Assembly: GCA_044377285.1 (NCBI GenBank)
Contig: JBILJK010000001.1
Location: 5,231 to 69,230 of the forward strand
Reading direction: 5' to 3'
Source of the DNA: Candidatus Planktophila sp.
Lineage (GTDB): Bacteria > Actinomycetota > Actinomycetes > Nanopelagicales > Nanopelagicaceae
DNA: 64,000 bases
Position 1 is the first letter of the stretch. Every line of letters starts with the position of its first letter. The position numbers and the translations under genes are program-made. Under the pieces are notes generated by a model. That model saw only the letters and a list, made by a program, of their open reading frames with translations, was not told the DNA's origin and did no database searches. Below are positions 39,968 to 49,937 of this stretch, piece by piece.

Positions 39968-40861
39968 ATGAACGCAGGGGAACGCATTAACCAACATACA
40001 GCGATGCCTGCTCGTCCTGATCTGATTCGTTTGGGTTTAGGAATTATCGGAATCGGAACATCTGGGCCATTAATCGCAATGAGCACAATGCCTGTCCTCA
40101 CATTGATCTTCTGGAGAAATCTCGGCGGATCGTTAGTGACCTTGCCATTTGCGCTTCGCCATTCACGTGACAGGGTTGGCGTTAAGTGGGCCGTAATGTC
40201 CGGAGTTGTATTAGCTCTTCACTTTGTTGGATTTTTCTTAGCGATGAGAATGACAACTGTTGCTGCTGGAACTGCTTTAGTTGCTTTGCAACCGGTTTTT
40301 GCCGCTTTGTTTGTTAAGTTTTCAGGTGGCCATATTCCATCAAAGGCATGGCTTGGAATGATGGTTAGTTTTGTTGGGGTGCTACTTGTTGTTGGCGTAG
40401 ACCTTCAAATTTCATTTAAATCATTTTTAGGAGACCTAGCCGCCCTTATTTCTGCAGCACTAGCGGCTGCATACATGATTGCTGGTTCGAAGGCACAAAG
40501 AACTCTAGAAACGACCACATACACAACAATTTGCTACTTTGTTTGTTCCATGACAGCGCTGCCTATGGCATTGATTGCTGGCAATGAAATTTTTTCATTC
40601 AGCGCAAAAGAGTGGTGGATTCTTCTGGGTCTTATTCTTGGAGCACAACTACTGGGACATTCAATGTTTAACTCCGCTTTAAAACGTGTATCTCCAGCGG
40701 TTGTTTCTTTAATTGTATTTTTTGAAGTTCCAGTCAGTGCCGTTCTTGCAGTTTGGTGGTTGGACCAAAAGCCTCCAGTCGGAATCATTCCTGGAATTGC
40801 ATTAATTTTGTTTGGTTGCGTCCTAGTTGTTACCAGAACTCGAGGTGTAAATAATGATTGA
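39968..40861 (+). CDS. DMT/EamA family transporter
   Basis: ~10 TM in two repeats; FWR, LHF, QPVF, GHS, EVP. Confidence 0.9.
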   Translation: MNAGERINQHTAMPARPDLIRLGLGIIGIGTSGPLIAMSTMPVLTLIFWRNLGGSLVTLPFALRHSRDRVGVKWAVMSGVVLALHFVGFFLAMRMTTVAAGTALVALQPVFAALFVKFSGGHIPSKAWLGMMVSFVGVLLVVGVDLQISFKSFLGDLAALISAALAAAYMIAGSKAQRTLETTTYTTICYFVCSMTALPMALIAGNEIFSFSAKEWWILLGLILGAQLLGHSMFNSALKRVSPAVVSLIVFFEVPVSAVLAVWWLDQKPPVGIIPGIALILFGCVLVVTRTRGVNND

Positions 40862-41699
40862 TTTGCATACCCATACAACCTGCAGCGATGGTACTGACAG
40901 ACCACGAGAGCTAGTCAACAAAGCAATTGTTCAGGGTTTAGAGGTGTTAGGTATTGCAGACCACGACACAACATCCGGATGGGAAGAAGCAACACAGGCG
41001 CTGCGAGGAAAACTGCAACTTGTACTGGGTGCTGAGATTTCATGTTTAACTACCGAAGGCATAAGTGTTCATATGTTAGGGATGCTTTTTGATGCCAACC
41101 ATATTGAAATGCAAACGGTATTAGAAGAAACTCGTGATGGTCGATTACCGCGAATGCGAAAAATGATTGAAAAAATGCGAGCCGAAGGTTTGGATATTTC
41201 AATAGAAGATGTCGAAAATGCAATGCCGGCTGGAGCGACAATGGGGCGCCCACATTTAGCTGATGCACTAGTTGCCAAAAAAATTGTTAAATCACGGGAC
41301 GAAGCCTTTATAGATTTATTGCACAATGACTCGCGTTTTTATGTTTCACATGCTGCCCCAACACCAGTTGAAGCTATTGCACTGATTCGCAGGGCTGGGG
41401 GAGTTGCTGTAATTGCCCATCCTTTTGCATCTCATCGTGGACAAGTTTTAAAAGCTGAAGATTTTGAAGATTTAGTTGCTGCAGGCTTGAATGGCATAGA
41501 AGTAGATCACCGAGACCAAAATCCAGATGAGCGTGCGATGTTACGTGTAATCGCACAAGAATTGGATCTCGTTGTTACCGGTAGCAGCGACTATCACGGC
41601 ACTGGAAAGTTGAACTCATTAGCAGAAAACCACACCAATAGGGAACAATGGCAGAAGCTAGAAGCACAAGCAGATGCACGAAGGGTTGTTATCGCATGA
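40854..41699 (+). CDS. PHP-domain phosphoesterase (YciV/TrpH-like)
   Basis: DLHTHTTCSDG, DHDT, GRPH, AHP, GSSDYHG. Confidence 0.93.
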   Translation: MIDLHTHTTCSDGTDRPRELVNKAIVQGLEVLGIADHDTTSGWEEATQALRGKLQLVLGAEISCLTTEGISVHMLGMLFDANHIEMQTVLEETRDGRLPRMRKMIEKMRAEGLDISIEDVENAMPAGATMGRPHLADALVAKKIVKSRDEAFIDLLHNDSRFYVSHAAPTPVEAIALIRRAGGVAVIAHPFASHRGQVLKAEDFEDLVAAGLNGIEVDHRDQNPDERAMLRVIAQELDLVVTGSSDYHGTGKLNSLAENHTNREQWQKLEAQADARRVVIA

Positions 41700-42307
41700 G
41701 AGATATAAGCGCAGTTACTTTTGCGGTCCAATCTTTTGTCACGTTGTTTGTGATTATGGATCCTCCTGGTGCGACTCCAATTTTCTTGGGGTTAGTCGCT
41801 GATAAATCACCACGAGTTCGTCGAATCTTGGCGATACAAGCTGCAGGCGTCTCTCTTCTTGTGATCTCAATTTTTGCTCTCTTTGGTCGAGCAATTCTAA
41901 ATTATCTAAATATTTCTATGGAGGCTCTACAGGCAGCAGGAGCGCTGTTGCTATTGCTTGTTGCTCTGGAACTTTTGACAGGTAACGCTAAAAAGCATGG
42001 TGATGATGGTGATGCCAATGTCGCACTGGTTCCACTTGGAACACCCCTTTTAGCTGGCCCTGGCGCAATTGTTGCAACGATGATTTTCGTTCAGCAAGCA
42101 AATACAACCAGCATGGCTCTTGGACTAGTGGCAGCGGTTATTGCGGTTCACGTAGCAATTGCTGCGGTCTTAATGGCATCGACAACAATTTTAAAGGTTA
42201 TAAAAGAAGCAGGCGTGACTCTGGTAGCTCGTATTGCTGGCTTATTGCTTGCAGCTATTGCGGTGCAGATGCTTGTTGATGCAATCCGCGTATTTGTTGC
42301 GGCTTAA
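41696..42307 (+). CDS. MarC-family membrane protein
   Basis: LFVIMDPPG, VPLGTPLLAGPGAI, RIAGLLLAAIAVQ; start ATG 41696. Confidence 0.93.
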   Translation: MRDISAVTFAVQSFVTLFVIMDPPGATPIFLGLVADKSPRVRRILAIQAAGVSLLVISIFALFGRAILNYLNISMEALQAAGALLLLLVALELLTGNAKKHGDDGDANVALVPLGTPLLAGPGAIVATMIFVQQANTTSMALGLVAAVIAVHVAIAAVLMASTTILKVIKEAGVTLVARIAGLLLAAIAVQMLVDAIRVFVAA

Positions 42308-43641
42308 CTCTCTTTAAACTTTTTTGTACGGGTGCGTGTGCGCTCAGTACGAACAGGAGCAACATTTTGCTTCGCACGTGGTGGGCGCGCTTCTTTAGAT
42401 TCAACTTTGGCGACAGGCTTTGCTTTGACAAGTCGACCCGTTGAACCAGCTGGAATGTTAAGAGTTTCATACAAATGTTCCGAGGATGAATATGTTTCCT
42501 CGGGTTCTGCAAGACCAAGCTCTAGAACCTGATTAATCATCTTCCAGCGAGCGAGTTCATCCCAATCAACAAATGTGACGGCGATTCCGTGAGCACCTGC
42601 ACGAGCGGTACGGCCAATGCGGTGTACATATGTTTTTTCATCTTCAGGGCATTGGTAATTGATTACATGCGTAATGCCATCAATATCAATACCGCGCGCT
42701 GCAACATCTGTAGCAACTAGCACATCTGATTTTCCGGCTTTGAAATCACTCAATGCTTTTTCACGTGCACTTTGGCCCAAATCACCGTGAATTGGCGCTG
42801 CTTTAAAGCCTCGTTCCATTAAGTCTTCAGCGGTTTTTTGCGCAGTGCGCTTTGTGCGACAAAAAACCATTGTTGGTCCACGACCATTGGCTTGCAAGAT
42901 TCGAGCAAGCATTTCAATTTTGTCCATTGCGTGAGCGCGCAACACATGTTGCTTGATGCGGGTAACAACAGCACCTTCATCTTCGCTGTCCTGTGTGCGA
43001 ATGTGAATTGGTTGGTTCATGAAGCGGCGAGCCAGAGCAATGATGTCTCCAGGCATAGTTGCTGAAAACAACATAGTTTGGGTGCGATTAGGCGTACTGG
43101 AAAGAATTTTTTCGACATCAGGCAAGAAACCAAGATCTAACATCTCATCTGCTTCATCAAGAACCAAGCGAGAAACCTCTTTAAGTTTTAGCTGACCTTG
43201 GCGAGATAAATCCAAAAGGCGACCCGGAGTACCCACGACAATTTCAACACCTGCATGCAGAGCTTCAATTTGTGGCTCAAATGCGCGTCCACCGTAAACA
43301 GCAAGGGTACGAATTCCACGGTTGGAGGCTAGCTCTTCAATATCCCGAGTTACTTGAGTACATAGTTCGCGGGTTGGAACAACAATTAAAACCTGTGGCA
43401 TGCCTTTATTTGCAAAATCAGCCCACTCGGCATCATGCGGTGCAATAACTCGTTCGATGACGGGAATACCAAATGCGAGAGTTTTACCGGTACCAGTTTT
43501 TGCCTGTCCGATTACATCGCCGTCAGCAAGTGCAATTGGCAAAACCATTTCTTGAATAGCAAATGGGGCCAAGAAGCCATGTGCATGGAGTGCTTCAATT
43601 GTTTGGCTGCGCAGGGGCAGCTCGGCAAATGTTGGTGACAT
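42304..43641 (-). CDS. DEAD-box RNA helicase (RhlE-like)
   Basis: Q motif, AKTGTGKT, PTREL, DEAD, SAT, ARGID, HRIGRTAR. Confidence 0.96.
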   Translation of the reverse strand: MSPTFAELPLRSQTIEALHAHGFLAPFAIQEMVLPIALADGDVIGQAKTGTGKTLAFGIPVIERVIAPHDAEWADFANKGMPQVLIVVPTRELCTQVTRDIEELASNRGIRTLAVYGGRAFEPQIEALHAGVEIVVGTPGRLLDLSRQGQLKLKEVSRLVLDEADEMLDLGFLPDVEKILSSTPNRTQTMLFSATMPGDIIALARRFMNQPIHIRTQDSEDEGAVVTRIKQHVLRAHAMDKIEMLARILQANGRGPTMVFCRTKRTAQKTAEDLMERGFKAAPIHGDLGQSAREKALSDFKAGKSDVLVATDVAARGIDIDGITHVINYQCPEDEKTYVHRIGRTARAGAHGIAVTFVDWDELARWKMINQVLELGLAEPEETYSSSEHLYETLNIPAGSTGRLVKAKPVAKVESKEARPPRAKQNVAPVRTERTRTRTKKFKES

Positions 43642-43662
43642 ATAAATGTGTTCCTATCGGGA

Positions 43663-44274
43663 TTAATTGCGCGGAAAACCTGAAATGCCTCGCCACATGA
43701 GGTTGTGAACTAGTTCCACAGCCTCTTGTCGAGTCAGTTTGCTATCTCGTTCGAGCCAGTGACGAGCAGTTACTTGCGCATAACCAATCATTCCAACACC
43801 CAAAAGCATTGATGCCTCTTTTGGTAGGCCAGTATCAATTGCAATTACAGCACTTGCTGCAGCTGCACAGTCATAAGTCATTCGGTTAAGACGTTGGCGA
43901 ACCTGTGGTTCAACACTCATGTCACTTTCAAAAAGTAAGCGAAAGGCTTCACCCTCTTTTTCAATGAATGCAAAGTAAGCATCCACCGTTGCATGCACAC
44001 GATCTTTATTATCTGGAGTCGAAGCAATCGCTTTTTGAATTTCAAATACCAATGAATCAATGTGTACATCTAGGACAGCCAAATACAGTTCGAGTTTTGA
44101 CGGGAAGTGCTGATACAAAACCGGCTTGGAAACATTTGCACGATCGGCAATCTCATCCATTGCAGCTGAGTGGTAGCCAGCAGCGGTGAAAACTTCAAGA
44201 GCTGCTGAAAGCAACAACGCTCGGCGCTCATCGCGAGGCAAGCGCGCCTTGTTGGTTGTGTCGACGTTACTCAT
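43663..44274 (-). CDS. TetR-family transcriptional regulator (Rv3208-like)
   Basis: MDEIADRANVSKPVLYQHFPSK HTH; WRGISGFP tail; TACGAT 7 nt upstream. Confidence 0.94.
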   Translation of the reverse strand: MSNVDTTNKARLPRDERRALLLSAALEVFTAAGYHSAAMDEIADRANVSKPVLYQHFPSKLELYLAVLDVHIDSLVFEIQKAIASTPDNKDRVHATVDAYFAFIEKEGEAFRLLFESDMSVEPQVRQRLNRMTYDCAAAASAVIAIDTGLPKEASMLLGVGMIGYAQVTARHWLERDSKLTRQEAVELVHNLMWRGISGFPRN

Positions 44275-44304
44275 TGGACTAATCGTACGGCAGAATTACC
44301 AATC

Positions 44305-45171
44305 ATGAACCGCCCCTATGAAGGTATTCGAATCTTGTTGGTGCATGCGCATCCTGATGATGAAACCATCAACAATGGAGCAACAATGGCTCTTTATGCT
44401 GATCGTGGGGCTCAAGTAACCCTTGTGACCTGCACACGTGGCGAAGAGGGCGAAGTATTAGTTCCAGGGCTTTCACATCTAGCTAGTTCCGATCAAGATT
44501 TACTGGGTTTGCATAGAGAATCTGAACTTGCAGCTGCCATGAAAGCACTTGGAATTTCAGATTATCGATTTCTCGGATCGCCCACTACCAAATTTCGAGA
44601 TAGCGGCATGATGGGAACAGAACCAAATAATCGGCCTGATGTTTTTTGGCAAGCAGATGTAGATGAAGCCGCAACAATCCTTGTCGATGTAATTGAAGAA
44701 GTAAAACCACATGTATTGATTACATACGATGAAATCGGCGGATACGGCCACCCTGATCATATCCAGGCACACAGAGTTGCCATGCGAGCTTCAGAGCTTT
44801 CTACCTGGCAGATTCAAAAGATTTACTGGAACACAATTCCTAAATCTGTAATTGCGCAGGGGATGGAAAAAATGAAGGAAATTGGTTCAGATTTCTTCGG
44901 TGCAGAAAGTATTGATGATGTTCCATTTGCAAAAGATGATGAATTTGTAACAACTTTGATAGATGGTTCAGATTACGTTGATTCCAAGATGGCAGCGATG
45001 AAAGCTCACGAAACTCAAATCGCATTGGACGGTCCATTTTTTGCATTGTCAAATAATCTTGGAATGCAGATTTGGGGAGACGAGTACTACACCCTTGTAA
45101 AAGGCACAAAGAGTGCGCCATTTGATTCCAATGGTCGCGAAATTGATTTAACATCTGGTTTAGTTCTGTAA
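44305..45171 (+). CDS. mshB: GlcNAc-Ins deacetylase (mycothiol biosynthesis)
   Basis: VHAHPDDE, TCTRGEEGE, RDSGM, GGYGHPDH, AHETQI, FALSN. Confidence 0.92.
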   Translation: MNRPYEGIRILLVHAHPDDETINNGATMALYADRGAQVTLVTCTRGEEGEVLVPGLSHLASSDQDLLGLHRESELAAAMKALGISDYRFLGSPTTKFRDSGMMGTEPNNRPDVFWQADVDEAATILVDVIEEVKPHVLITYDEIGGYGHPDHIQAHRVAMRASELSTWQIQKIYWNTIPKSVIAQGMEKMKEIGSDFFGAESIDDVPFAKDDEFVTTLIDGSDYVDSKMAAMKAHETQIALDGPFFALSNNLGMQIWGDEYYTLVKGTKSAPFDSNGREIDLTSGLVL

Positions 45172-45482
45172 TGCGCTATTTATACTCACTAATTTTAGGT
45201 GCAGCACTGGGTGCAGGTTCTGTTTTTCTTTATAGCTTGTATCCACCAGTTGGTTTAGTGCTCTCAATTGCAGCAACATTTATTGGCACTTGGGCGGCCG
45301 GGCGGATGTGGGGCAAGAGAAGTTTTAGATTAATTGCAGCAGCAGCGTGGAGTTTGGTAGTTTTGCGAGCAGGGTTTCCGGGTATAAATGAAGAGTATTT
45401 ACTTCAAGGTGATGGACTTGGTCTTTCTCTGATCAATTTTGGATTTATCGCGGTTGTGATTGCGATATTGACTCCGCTTTAA
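45171..45482 (+). CDS. Small membrane protein coupled to mshB (DUF6113-like)
   Basis: 4 hydrophobic segments; TAATG overlap with mshB. Confidence 0.7.
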   Translation: MRYLYSLILGAALGAGSVFLYSLYPPVGLVLSIAATFIGTWAAGRMWGKRSFRLIAAAAWSLVVLRAGFPGINEEYLLQGDGLGLSLINFGFIAVVIAILTPL

Positions 45483-46825
45483 CTCCAGATTTGCCCACCA
45501 GATGTGTCTTTTACCTGTAATCCAAGGCTTTCTAACTGCACCCGCAACGAATCACTATCAGCCCAACGTTTTTCACTTCGAGCTTTCGCGCGTTCATCAA
45601 TGAGTGTTTGCATCTGCTCAGTTAATTCACGAATAGCAATTGGTCGATCAAGATCTAAAGCTAAGACTTGATCAGCGTACATAAATAGTTCGCGTTTATT
45701 TCTTAGCTCGCTCTTTTCGATTTCACGCAAACGTAGAATGACCTTTGGGGTATCTAGGTCATTGTTAAAAGCAGATTCCATTTCAGGATCAACAGTGATT
45801 TCGGTGGACTGCCCCCACTCAGACATTTTTGCCCGCCAGCGCTTTAGTGTTTCATGCGCAGCGTTAATTGAGTTCCAGGTTAGGTCCATTTGAGATCTAT
45901 ATCGATTTTCTAGGAAACATAGGCGTAAAGCCAATGGATCAATCCCGCGAGCATTTATATCGCTCACTAGAACAACGTTGCCACTACTTTTTGACATCTT
46001 TTTACCCTCGAAAAGCAGGTGTTCGCCATGTACCCACACATCAACTGCTTCACGATCGATAATCGCATTAGATTGCGCGCGTTCATTTTCATGATGTGGA
46101 AAACGCAAATCAATTCCACCTACATGCACATCAACATGCTTATCAAGCATTTCCATGGACATCGCAGAACATTCAATGTGCCACCCAGGAAAACCTGGCC
46201 CCCAAGGTGAATCCCAAATCATTTCACTGCGTTCACCAGCTGTTTTCCACAGCGCCCAGTCAGCATGGAATTTCTTTGCACCATCATTGTGGTATTCGTA
46301 TCTATGTCCAGGTTGCAATGAATCAAGTTTGTTTCCGCTGATTTCACCATAGCCGTCAAATTTTTGTGCATCAAAGTAAACAGTTTTGTCGCCACCCACA
46401 TAAGCAAATCCTTTGTGAATCAATTCGGCGATCATCGATTGCATTAAGTCAATGCTCTCGCTAGCTCGTGGATATGCGACAGCTTTTCCGATATTTAACT
46501 GAGACAAATCATTATGAAACTTTTCCTCGTACTTTCGAGCGATTTCAAAAGGGCTAACCTTCTCGATTGTGGCTTGAGATAAAACCTTGTCATCTTCGGC
46601 AAAGTCTTCGGACATGTGCCCAACATCAGTAATGTTTTGAATTAATCGGACCTTCACCCCTGTGAGAGCAACGATTCGTGAAATCAAATCTGCCAACATA
46701 AAGGTTCGTAGGTTGCCAACATGTGCGTCACGGTAGACCGTAGGCCCACAGCAGTACATGGTGAGATCACCATTGGTGCTGGCAATCTGCTTCAACTTTC
46801 TTGACTGGGTGTCATATAACTTCAT
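45479..46825 (-). CDS. cysS: Cysteine--tRNA ligase (NITDVGH type)
   Basis: CGPTVY, HVGN, PGWHIECSAM, FPHHENE, KMSKS, C-terminal anticodon-binding helices. Confidence 0.92.
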   Translation of the reverse strand: MKLYDTQSRKLKQIASTNGDLTMYCCGPTVYRDAHVGNLRTFMLADLISRIVALTGVKVRLIQNITDVGHMSEDFAEDDKVLSQATIEKVSPFEIARKYEEKFHNDLSQLNIGKAVAYPRASESIDLMQSMIAELIHKGFAYVGGDKTVYFDAQKFDGYGEISGNKLDSLQPGHRYEYHNDGAKKFHADWALWKTAGERSEMIWDSPWGPGFPGWHIECSAMSMEMLDKHVDVHVGGIDLRFPHHENERAQSNAIIDREAVDVWVHGEHLLFEGKKMSKSSGNVVLVSDINARGIDPLALRLCFLENRYRSQMDLTWNSINAAHETLKRWRAKMSEWGQSTEITVDPEMESAFNNDLDTPKVILRLREIEKSELRNKRELFMYADQVLALDLDRPIAIRELTEQMQTLIDERAKARSEKRWADSDSLRVQLESLGLQVKDTSGGQIWS

Positions 46826-47022
46826 GTGCGCTCAATAACCTCGCGCCAGACAAAAATTTGATCATGAGCAAACTCAACTAGATCACCATGGCGATTGCGT
46901 AGTGATGTAGGTGTTTCCAAGAAACCGAGAATATCTCGAAACCCACCTTCAGGATCGTGCAGCCGGATACTTACTCGCTTGCCCGTAAGTGCGGCAAAGG
47001 CGGTTTCTAGCTCGGTTGCCAT
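46822..47022 (-). CDS. 66-aa hypothetical protein, SH3/Sm-like beta domain
   Basis: MATELE...GKRVSIRLHDPEGGFRDILGFLE; TATCCT 6 nt before ATG; ATGA overlap with cysS. Confidence 0.7.
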   Translation of the reverse strand: MATELETAFAALTGKRVSIRLHDPEGGFRDILGFLETPTSLRNRHGDLVEFAHDQIFVWREVIERT

Positions 47023-47121
47023 AAGAGCAGGATAAACCGAGTTGGGAAATATCGCGCTGTGGCCGAAGTTATAGTTACAATTCGGCGATACCCATTGTGA
47101 GAGATTATTTGGAGGCAACTC

Positions 47122-47442
47122 GTGACCTATGTGATCGCTGAACCGTGCGTCGATGTGAAGGACAAGTCCTGCATCGAAGAATGCCCTGTGGATTGCATTT
47201 ACGAAGGCGGACGAATGTTGTATATCCAGCCTGATGAGTGCGTCGATTGTGGTGCGTGCGAGCCAGTGTGTCCGGTCGAAGCTATTTATTACGAGGATGA
47301 TGTTCCAGGTCAGTGGAAAGATTTCAGCAAGGCAAATACAGAGTTTTTCATTGAAATCGGTTCTCCAGGCGGTGCAAGCAAGGTCGGTCCAACAGGAACA
47401 GATCACGCGTCAGTATCTGCACTTCCACCAAAGAGCGAGTAA
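47122..47442 (+). CDS. fdxA: 7Fe ferredoxin
   Basis: [17 protein letters not shown] and [12 protein letters not shown]; GGAGG SD; TACAAT at 47076-47081. Confidence 0.97.
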   Translation: MTYVIAEPCVDVKDKSCIEECPVDCIYEGGRMLYIQPDECVDCGACEPVCPVEAIYYEDDVPGQWKDFSKANTEFFIEIGSPGGASKVGPTGTDHASVSALPPKSE

Positions 47443-47445
47443 GCG

Positions 47446-48510
47446 TTGCGCGGCCAGCTCCCAGATTTTCCCTGGGATGCACTCGCACCATACGGAGACA
47501 TTGCTAGATCACATCCACAAGGAATTATTGATCTTTCACAAGGAACCCCTGTCGATTCAACTCCAGAATTTATCCAACAGGAATTTCGCGATGCATCAAA
47601 TTCTCCAAGCTACCCAGTAACAGCTGGAACTCCCGAACTTCGTGCAGCAATTAAGAAGTGGGCGACAGAACGATTAGGTGCAAGTGGAGATTTTGATGTT
47701 CTGCCACTAATTGGGTCAAAAGAGTTAGTTGCTTGGCTTCCAACAATTTTAGAATCTAAAAAAGTTTTAATTCCTGAAATTGCATACCCGACCTACCATG
47801 TAGGCGCAGTATTAGCAGGAGCCGAATCTGTCCCTGTAGCAATCGATGCAAAGAGCTGGCCAGCCGCTGATTTAGCCTGGTTGAACTCTCCATCAAATCC
47901 AACTGGTCGTGTTCATAGTGATGCAGAAATCAAAGCGTGTATCGATTGGTCTCGCAGTAACAAGGCTTTGTTGGTATCTGATGAGTGTTACTTAGAATTT
48001 GAAGACTCCGCGCATCCTGTTTCAGTTCTTTCACATACTGGCGGAGACAACACAAATATTTTGGCGATTCATTCGCTGTCAAAGCGCTCATCAATGGCTG
48101 GATATCGCGCAGCATTCATGATTGGTGACTCAGCGTTAATCGCAAGAATTCGAGAAATTCGAAAGCATGGCGGGATGATGGTGTCGTTACCTGTGCAGAA
48201 AGCAATGACTGTTGCGCTTTCTGATGACAAGCATGTTGCCCAACAACGTGCACGTTACAACGCACGCAAAGATGCATTGCGTCCAGCACTAGAAGCAGTT
48301 GGATTTACAATCGAATTTAGTAATGCTGGCTTGTACTTATGGTGTACCCGCAATGAAGATGCCTGGGACAGTGTTTCCTGGCTTGCAGATCGCGGAATCT
48401 TAGCGACCCCTGGATCCTTCTACGGCAGCCAAGGCGCACAACATATTCGTATCGCGATGACTGCTACAGATGCTCAAATTGCTGATGCTGTACATCGTAT
48501 AAAGGCTTAA
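47446..48510 (+). CDS. dapC: Succinyldiaminopimelate aminotransferase
   Basis: LPDFPWD, GSKE, NSPSNPTG, SDECY, SLSKRS; follows fdxA. Confidence 0.93.
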   Translation: MRGQLPDFPWDALAPYGDIARSHPQGIIDLSQGTPVDSTPEFIQQEFRDASNSPSYPVTAGTPELRAAIKKWATERLGASGDFDVLPLIGSKELVAWLPTILESKKVLIPEIAYPTYHVGAVLAGAESVPVAIDAKSWPAADLAWLNSPSNPTGRVHSDAEIKACIDWSRSNKALLVSDECYLEFEDSAHPVSVLSHTGGDNTNILAIHSLSKRSSMAGYRAAFMIGDSALIARIREIRKHGGMMVSLPVQKAMTVALSDDKHVAQQRARYNARKDALRPALEAVGFTIEFSNAGLYLWCTRNEDAWDSVSWLADRGILATPGSFYGSQGAQHIRIAMTATDAQIADAVHRIKA

Positions 48511-48513
48511 TCA

Positions 48514-49473
48514 ATGGCTGTTGCAATTTTATTGGTTGGCGGCTTTGGCACACGCCTGATGCCTTTAACTAAAAATACGCCAAAACCAATGCTCACTGTT
48601 GCTGGAATTCCGGTGACCGAACATCAGATAGCAATGGCAAAGTCTGCAGGCATCACTGAAATAGTTTTAGCAACCTCTTATCTTTCTGAAGTTTTTACTC
48701 CTTACTTTGGCGATGGTTCACAGTGGGATATAAAAATAAAGTACGCCGTTGAAAAGGAACCACTTGGAACTGGTGGAGCAATTCGTAATGCAGCGCAATT
48801 GCTAGATACTGATCAATCAGTTGTTGTTTTAAATGGTGATGTTTTGAGCTCTCACAATTTGGCAGAGCAAATTCGCCAACACGAAGCACATGGTGCCGAC
48901 GTAACCTTGCATTTAACCCAAGTGCAGGATGCACGAGCCTTTGGATGTGTGCCAACAGATAGCCAAGGCCGTGTGACTGCGTTTTTAGAAAAAATGGAAA
49001 ACCCAGTAACTAATCAAATTAATGCTGGCTGCTATGTCTTTAACCCTCGCGTGATTGCAACAATTCCACTGGACACCGTTATTTCGGTCGAACGTGAAAC
49101 ATTTCCACAATTAGTTGCAAAAGGTGCAAAGGTTTTTGGATTTGTTGAAGCCGCATATTGGTTAGATATTGGTACCCCGCGAGCTTTATTGAAAGCTTCG
49201 ATAGATATCGTTAAGAGAACTGGTGAATTCTTAGCTATGCCAGGAGCAACAATTGATCCCACCGCAGTTATCACCGGGGGTAGCTGTATCGGAGCTAACT
49301 CATCGGTCGGGCCAGGAGCTGTTATTGATGGCTCAATCATTGAGGCTGGATGTGCCATTGGGTCAGATACAAAAATTACGGATTCATTTGTCGCAGCTGG
49401 CGCTGAAGTAGACAATGGGGCAAAAATTGCCTCATCTTTTGTTACAAATGGTGAAATTCTTCCGATTCCATAG
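48514..49473 (+). CDS. manC: NDP-sugar synthase (mannose-1-phosphate guanylyltransferase-like)
   Basis: LVGGFGTRLMPLT, PKPML, EPLGTGGAI, NGD, WLDIGTP, C-terminal hexapeptide repeats. Confidence 0.88.
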   Translation: MAVAILLVGGFGTRLMPLTKNTPKPMLTVAGIPVTEHQIAMAKSAGITEIVLATSYLSEVFTPYFGDGSQWDIKIKYAVEKEPLGTGGAIRNAAQLLDTDQSVVVLNGDVLSSHNLAEQIRQHEAHGADVTLHLTQVQDARAFGCVPTDSQGRVTAFLEKMENPVTNQINAGCYVFNPRVIATIPLDTVISVERETFPQLVAKGAKVFGFVEAAYWLDIGTPRALLKASIDIVKRTGEFLAMPGATIDPTAVITGGSCIGANSSVGPGAVIDGSIIEAGCAIGSDTKITDSFVAAGAEVDNGAKIASSFVTNGEILPIP

Positions 49474-49513
49474 AAATCAAGCGTGAATAGTCACCCAGGT
49501 GAGCTATCTGGGC

Positions 49514-49542
49514 TTGACATCAGCGAGTTACAAGCGTGTAAT
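49514..49542 (+). promoter_or_regulatory. Sigma-70-type promoter of whiB
   Basis: TTGACA (49514-49519), 17 bp spacer, TGTAAT (49537-49542). Confidence 0.6.
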
Positions 49543-49606
49543 TCACTCTTAAGAACGTCTTTTCCATGAGGGATGAGACAACGAAAGCTAATGGAGCATC
49601 GACGTT

Positions 49607-49906
49607 ATGCCGATTCAACCCGCAGCCCAGAACTCCCCAATCCCCACTTCAGGACCAACAATCACACTTGCATCAGGCGAGAACATGGAACTCTCATGGC
49701 AGGAGCGCGCACTGTGCGCACAGACCGACCCAGAGGCATTCTTTCCAGAAAAAGGCGGATCCACTCGCGAAGCAAAGCGCGTATGTCTTTCATGCGATGT
49801 CCGCGCAGAATGTTTGGAGTACGCACTTGCACATGATGAACGCTTCGGAATTTGGGGCGGATTATCAGAGCGCGAACGCCGTCGCTTAAAGCGTCGCACC
49901 GCCTAA
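49607..49906 (+). CDS. whiB: WhiB (WhiB2-type) Fe-S transcription regulator
   Basis: WQERALCAQTDPEAFFPEKGGS, CLSC, C, GIWGG. Confidence 0.97.
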   Translation: MPIQPAAQNSPIPTSGPTITLASGENMELSWQERALCAQTDPEAFFPEKGGSTREAKRVCLSCDVRAECLEYALAHDERFGIWGGLSERERRRLKRRTA

Positions 49907-49937
49907 GGTTTTTGCATCTCTTAGGAGATAGCGAGAG

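Noticed and set aside
39946-40101. Long start of the MgtE-domain ORF
   Set aside because: Overlaps the divergent DMT gene; recognisable sequence and promoter point to 39945
45479-46825. Call as mshC because of proximity to mshB
   Set aside because: Has CGPTVY and an anticodon-binding domain, not the MshC CGITPY architecture
47023-47406. N-terminal extension of the 194-aa minus-strand ORF
   Set aside because: Antisense shadow of fdxA; the plausible gene starts at 47022 behind a -10 box
49566-49899. Several overlapping ORFs at whiB
   Set aside because: Only the 49607-49906 frame has WhiB motifs
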